From an uncultured Campylobacter sp. (GTDB lineage: Bacteria; Campylobacterota; Campylobacteria; Campylobacterales; Campylobacteraceae): 64,000 nucleotides of DNA. A program made the position numbers and the translations under genes. The DNA lies in the NCBI RefSeq assembly GCF_938045205.1, contig NZ_CALIMY010000138.1, positions 8,619-72,618 of the forward strand. The letters are read 5' to 3'. Below, one piece after another: positions 60,303-64,000 of this stretch (its first letter is position 1; the number at the start of each line of letters is the position of its first letter). Under the pieces are notes generated by a model. That model was given only the letters and a program-made list of their open reading frames with translations. It searched no databases and was not told the DNA's origin.

Positions 60303-60937
60303 TTAGATCCTTTCAGTGATTTTATATCTAAGCTTTGATTTATTAAAAGCTCGTTTCCCTCGACGCGGATAAGCTCGCTCTTGCCGATATTTTCGATGAT
60401 TAGGCTTTGCGCTTTGAGGCGCTTTTTGCGTTTGAGCGATTTTACGAATTTTGCAAGGCTCGTCCATTCGCTACGATCGAAGGTTTTTTCTTTGATTTCG
60501 ACATCATAGGGTTTGGCTTCGCGGCTTTTGTTCGAAAGCAGCGGTTTGTCGAAAAACGACAAAAAATACCTGAGCTTCTCATCGCGCTCTTTATACATCA
60601 GCTTGATTTCATCTTTCGAGGCGATTAAAATTTCCTCTTTTTCTTTGTGAAGCCTGTCCTTATCGCTTTGCAGCGCTTCGATTTTACCTTTTAGCTCGGA
60701 GATTTCTTTGATGAGATAGTCGATGAAGCTTTGAGTGCCCGCCCCGCCGCCAGTACGCGTGCTTTTTGCAGAGCCTTGCGAAGCGGGCTCGCTTTGTTGC
60801 ATTTCATCATCTAAAAGCACGTAGCGTACGCCGCCGCTTTCCTCGGCGCGCAAGGAATTTCTGCGGATGCGGTTATAGACGGCTTCTTTTGAAATTCCTA
60901 AAATTTCGGCTGCTTCGCCGATCGAGACTTTTTTCAT
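60299..60937 (-). CDS. DNA-binding protein with N-terminal excisionase/MerR-type HTH and coiled-coil middle
   Basis: VSIGEAAEILGISKEAVYNRIRRNSL is the HTH. There is a 4-nt overlap with the downstream lipoprotein gene. Confidence 0.72.
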   Translation of the reverse strand: MKKVSIGEAAEILGISKEAVYNRIRRNSLRAEESGGVRYVLLDDEMQQSEPASQGSAKSTRTGGGAGTQSFIDYLIKEISELKGKIEALQSDKDRLHKEKEEILIASKDEIKLMYKERDEKLRYFLSFFDKPLLSNKSREAKPYDVEIKEKTFDRSEWTSLAKFVKSLKRKKRLKAQSLIIENIGKSELIRVEGNELLINQSLDIKSLKGSK

Positions 60938-61162
60938 ACAAAGATGCCTTTTAGCGTTTTAAGTAATTATTGCTAAATTTGCCTAAAATAGGCATTAAAC
61001 ACTTCGTTTACAAAGATAGATTCCGCCTTGCCGCAGCCGGCGCGCGATAAAATTCCGCTCGCTTGCGCCTGCGCGATATAAAATTTCGCTTCGCTCGCAA
61101 AGCCGCGCAAATTATTTTTTTGCTAAGCTTTTAGAATTTTAGCCCAATAATGTTGCTTAATT

Positions 61163-61183
61163 AAGTATATTTTTTATACACTT
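61163..61183. promoter_or_regulatory. Imperfect inverted repeat AAGTATAT-N5-ATACACTT (candidate TetR operator)
   Basis: Seven of 8 arm positions are complementary. It lies 33 nt upstream of the tetR-family start. Confidence 0.3.
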
Positions 61184-61215
61184 ATAAAAAATTTTAGTAT
61201 TTCAAAGGAGGCGAA

Positions 61216-61839
61216 ATGCCCGAATCGCCTAAATATAAAAAATCCGAAATTCGCTGCAAGCTCATTTTAGACGCGGCGCTGGAGCTGTTTTTAGCCAAAG
61301 GCTACGAGGCTACGAGCTTAAGCGATATTATCGAGCTTAGCGGTGGCTCGCTATCGTCGGTTTATAAGTATTTTGATAACAAAGAAAGCCTATTTTTGCG
61401 CATCATCGAACTGCAAAGCAAAAAGCTCGATGAGCGCATGAACGAGCGCATGCGAATTAATAAAGACCTAAAATTGCGTGAGTATCTGCAGGAGTTTGCA
61501 GGGATTTATCTGGAGTTTCTTTTCGCTCCGGAAGCGATAAAATTCTACCGGCTGATACTTTTCAGCGGCTTTAACGGAGCGCTTAGCGAGAGCCCAAAAA
61601 TCTTTTTAAAAAGCGGCGTGCTAGGTTCGCCGAATGCGCTGGATGAGTATTTGGCGGCGCATGCGGACGAGTTTGCGCCCGGACGCACGGCAAAAAGCCT
61701 AGCGCTATATTTTTGCTTTTTACTTAGAGAGCCGCATTTTAGTAGGTTGCTGTTTTTCGACGAAAAGCTAAATTTCAAAGCGAGCGAGCTAATCAAGGAC
61801 CGCATCGATATGTTTTTGCTCGGCGTAAAAAAGCGCTAG
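61216..61839 (+). CDS. TetR-family transcriptional regulator
   Basis: The N-terminal HTH is ATSLSDIIELSGGSLSSVYKYFDNKESLF. Confidence 0.9.
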   Translation: MPESPKYKKSEIRCKLILDAALELFLAKGYEATSLSDIIELSGGSLSSVYKYFDNKESLFLRIIELQSKKLDERMNERMRINKDLKLREYLQEFAGIYLEFLFAPEAIKFYRLILFSGFNGALSESPKIFLKSGVLGSPNALDEYLAAHADEFAPGRTAKSLALYFCFLLREPHFSRLLFFDEKLNFKASELIKDRIDMFLLGVKKR

Positions 61840-62165
61840 TGGCGGATTTTACAGCGCAAATTCTGCGTTTTTCGCGCCTTTAAATTTTATGAGCGGTTTG
61901 GGGCTTAGAATTTGATTCTATCCGTTACCAAGCGCTATAAAGTGCCGCATATCCCGCGCTTAAAGTTCTAATTCTATCGGCGCAGAATTTTTAAAACGAT
62001 TAGAGTCAAAATTTTTATTTTCCGTATTAAATTCTGTGCCGAAGTTAGAATTTCGTCGCGAAATTTCGCGCCTCTTGTCTGCGCCTTTAAATTTGCGCCG
62101 CTTAGATTTTAAATTTAATAAAACCTCTTATAATCCCGCGAAATTTCAGATCAAAAGGATAAAAA
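61840..62165. repeat. RAATTY/AAATTT repeat field
   Basis: No ORF. It contains repeated GAATTT, AAATTC and AAATTT cores. Confidence 0.6.
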
Positions 62166-63506
62166 ATGGATTATGATATCATCGTAATAGGCTTTGGCAA
62201 GGCGGGCAAAACCCTTGCCGCAAAATCCGCCGCGCTAGGCAAAAAGGTCGCTCTCATCGAGCGCTCTCCGCAGATGTACGGCGGCACCTGCATCAACGTA
62301 GGCTGCATCCCGACCAAGCGGCTAATTACCGCGAGCAAGGAAGCAGGCTTCGTAAATTTCAGCGTGCTCGGAGAGTATTTCGTACTGAGTATGCAGAAAA
62401 AGGACGAGCTCGTAGAGGCGCTGAGGGCGAAAAATTTAGCCATGCTAAAGGGAAGCCCAAATATCGACGTAATCGACGGCGAGGGCTCATTTACGAGCGC
62501 GAATTCCGTGCGCGTGCTAAGCCCTGACGGACAAACGCGTGAAATTTCGGCAGAAACGATCGTCGTAAATACGGGCTCGAGGGAGGTCGAGCCTAGCTTT
62601 GAGGTAAGCTCAGGGGTCGCTTATAGCAGCGAAGAAATTTTAAATTTAAAGATCCTGCCGAAGCATCTAGTAATCATCGGCGGCGGATTTATCGGGCTTG
62701 AGTTTGCCTCGATGTTTGCGGGGTTTGGCTCTAAAGTCAGCGTGCTGATGCGATCAAAATTTATGAAAAACGAGGATGAGGACGTGGCTGCCAGCGTCAA
62801 ATCCGCTCTGCAGGCCCAAGGCGTGGAGATTATCGAGGGCTGCGAGTTTTTGAGCTTAAAGGGCGGGGAGCTAAAATTTAACCTCGCGGGCGAGAGCAAG
62901 GCAGTCGCGGCGGATGCGTTTTTATACGCCCTTGGTCGTCGCGCGAATACGAACGATCTAAATTTAGCCGCTGCGGGGGTGCAGACGGACGCGCACGGCA
63001 ATATCATCACGAATGAGCATCTGCAAAGCTCGACTGCTGGCATCTACGCAGCAGGCGACGTGCGCGGCGGCGAGATGTTTACCTACACGAGCCTAGACGA
63101 TTTTAGGATAATTTTTAGCGCGCTTTTCGGAGACGGCGCGCGCACTACGAAAAATCGCACGCCGCATGCAAGCGTGCTGTTTACCCACACACCGCTAGCT
63201 CGCATCGGCCTTAGCGAGAGGCAGGCAAGAGAGAGTGGGCGCGAGATCAAGGTGCTGAAGCTTTCGATGGCGGCGGTGCCGGGCGCCAAGGTCGTAGCGC
63301 ACGACGAGGGAATGATGAAAGCGGTCGTGGACGCAGCTAGCGGCGAAATTTTAGGCGCGGCGCTTCACTGCGTAAACGCGCACGAGATCGTTAATGAGCT
63401 GGCGATCGCCATGGCGCTGGGTGCGAAGGCGGACTTTTTCAAAAACCAAATTTTTACGCATCCTAGCATTAGCGAAGCGCTGAACGATCTTTTCGGACAG
63501 TTTTAA
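62166..63506 (+). CDS. Class I pyridine nucleotide-disulfide oxidoreductase (RclA-like)
   Basis: It has the FAD fold IIVIGFGKAGK, the redox-active GGTCINVGCIPTK, the NAD fold VIIGGGFIGLEFA, and THPSISEAL in the dimerisation domain. Confidence 0.9.
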   Translation: MDYDIIVIGFGKAGKTLAAKSAALGKKVALIERSPQMYGGTCINVGCIPTKRLITASKEAGFVNFSVLGEYFVLSMQKKDELVEALRAKNLAMLKGSPNIDVIDGEGSFTSANSVRVLSPDGQTREISAETIVVNTGSREVEPSFEVSSGVAYSSEEILNLKILPKHLVIIGGGFIGLEFASMFAGFGSKVSVLMRSKFMKNEDEDVAASVKSALQAQGVEIIEGCEFLSLKGGELKFNLAGESKAVAADAFLYALGRRANTNDLNLAAAGVQTDAHGNIITNEHLQSSTAGIYAAGDVRGGEMFTYTSLDDFRIIFSALFGDGARTTKNRTPHASVLFTHTPLARIGLSERQARESGREIKVLKLSMAAVPGAKVVAHDEGMMKAVVDAASGEILGAALHCVNAHEIVNELAIAMALGAKADFFKNQIFTHPSISEALNDLFGQF

Positions 63507-63520
63507 ATTTGAAATTTAAC

Positions 63521-63550
63521 GGCGCTCGGGCTTGGCGATGCCCGGGCGCC
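63521..63550 (+). terminator. GC-rich hairpin after the oxidoreductase gene
   Basis: An 11-bp stem pairs GGCGCTCGGGC with GCCCGGGCGCC (one G-U pair), with an 8-nt loop. No T tract follows. Confidence 0.4.
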
Positions 63551-63825
63551 CTAGCTAGGCAATGTCCTACTCCAAGCGCCCGGAACAAATTGATCGTGAA
63601 ATTTAATGCGCCGGAGCGGGTTAAATAATTTGAGTCCTTGCCGCCAGTGTCTTTCTTGGTCGCTATAGCTTGGCATGTATCGTCTCATCCGCCGCTTGTA
63701 AAAAATAATTTCTAGGTTATCTTGGAATTGTTTTAAAGGAGCTGTGCGTAAAATTCTGTTAGTACCTGCCGCGTTTTATTGTTTAGAATTTCAAAAATTT
63801 ATACTTTATGGATAGGCTCAAAATT

Positions 63826-63999
63826 TTATCTATCCCCAAAGATCAAATAGGCTAATTTTTTACTCAAATTCCCATACGCAACTACCCAGTACTCTCTTAT
63901 GATATTTTTGATTTGTAAGTTATCGTCCAGAAAGTCGGCAAATATTTTAATCCTATCTTTGTCTACCTCGCCTAGCTCTTCATTCTCTTCCTCAAACGA
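63826..63999 (-). CDS. 3' end of an unidentified gene running off the window edge
   Basis: The minus-strand frame reads ...EEENEELGEVDKDRIKIFADFLDDNLQIKNIIREYWVVAYGNLSKKLAYLIFGDR* with the stop at 63826-63828. It is AT-richer than the preceding genes. It is absent from the ORF track because it has no start within the window. Confidence 0.3.
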   Translation of the reverse strand, partial: SFEEENEELGEVDKDRIKIFADFLDDNLQIKNIIREYWVVAYGNLSKKLAYLIFGDR

Positions 64000-64000
64000 A

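Noticed and set aside
59887-60306. A 139-aa plus-strand ORF.
   Set aside because: It is antisense to the UPF0323 lipoprotein gene and is Ser/Pro/Ala-rich shadow sequence.

Overview
This window is the chromosomal replication-origin neighbourhood of an epsilonproteobacterium, most likely a non-jejuni Campylobacter. That assignment is an inference from several observations: the dnaA-dnaN-gyrB order; TCATTCAC/TTATTCAC-type DnaA boxes; the UPF0323 lipoprotein / glutathionylspermidine-synthase-like / 2-hydroxyacid dehydrogenase neighbourhood; CjaA-like binding proteins; and Hcp/Sel1 cysteine-rich proteins. I support about 58 protein genes. Housekeeping genes are typA, queF, gyrB, dnaN, dnaA, ruvC, nhaA, hemJ-like, lspA, glmM, rpsT and prfA. 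Metal and iron uptake genes comprise three TonB-dependent receptors, a split YddA-like ABC transporter, ZnuCB-like genes, MntP, and an AraC regulator plus a PepSY protein. Also present are two EAL-type c-di-GMP proteins, four tandem orphan amino-acid-binding proteins, two Sel1/Hcp-like secreted proteins, and a TetR plus RclA-like oxidoreductase pair. There is one candidate SRP RNA and one SemiSWEET pseudogene. I saw no rRNA, tRNA, CRISPR array, transposase, integrase or recognisable defence genes. The most unusual property is non-genic. Oversized intergenic regions of 0.3-0.9 kb (roughly 10 percent of the window) are packed with a self-complementary AAATTTTAAAATTT core and other RAATTY hexamers separated by GC-rich words. 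The same repeat material appears stop-free and in frame inside at least four proteins: a methyltransferase, an EamA transporter, a TonB-dependent receptor linker and a YddA-like ABC transporter. All product calls rest on motif recognition from the supplied translations. No database search was possible, so family names are best guesses and most start codons are provisional.
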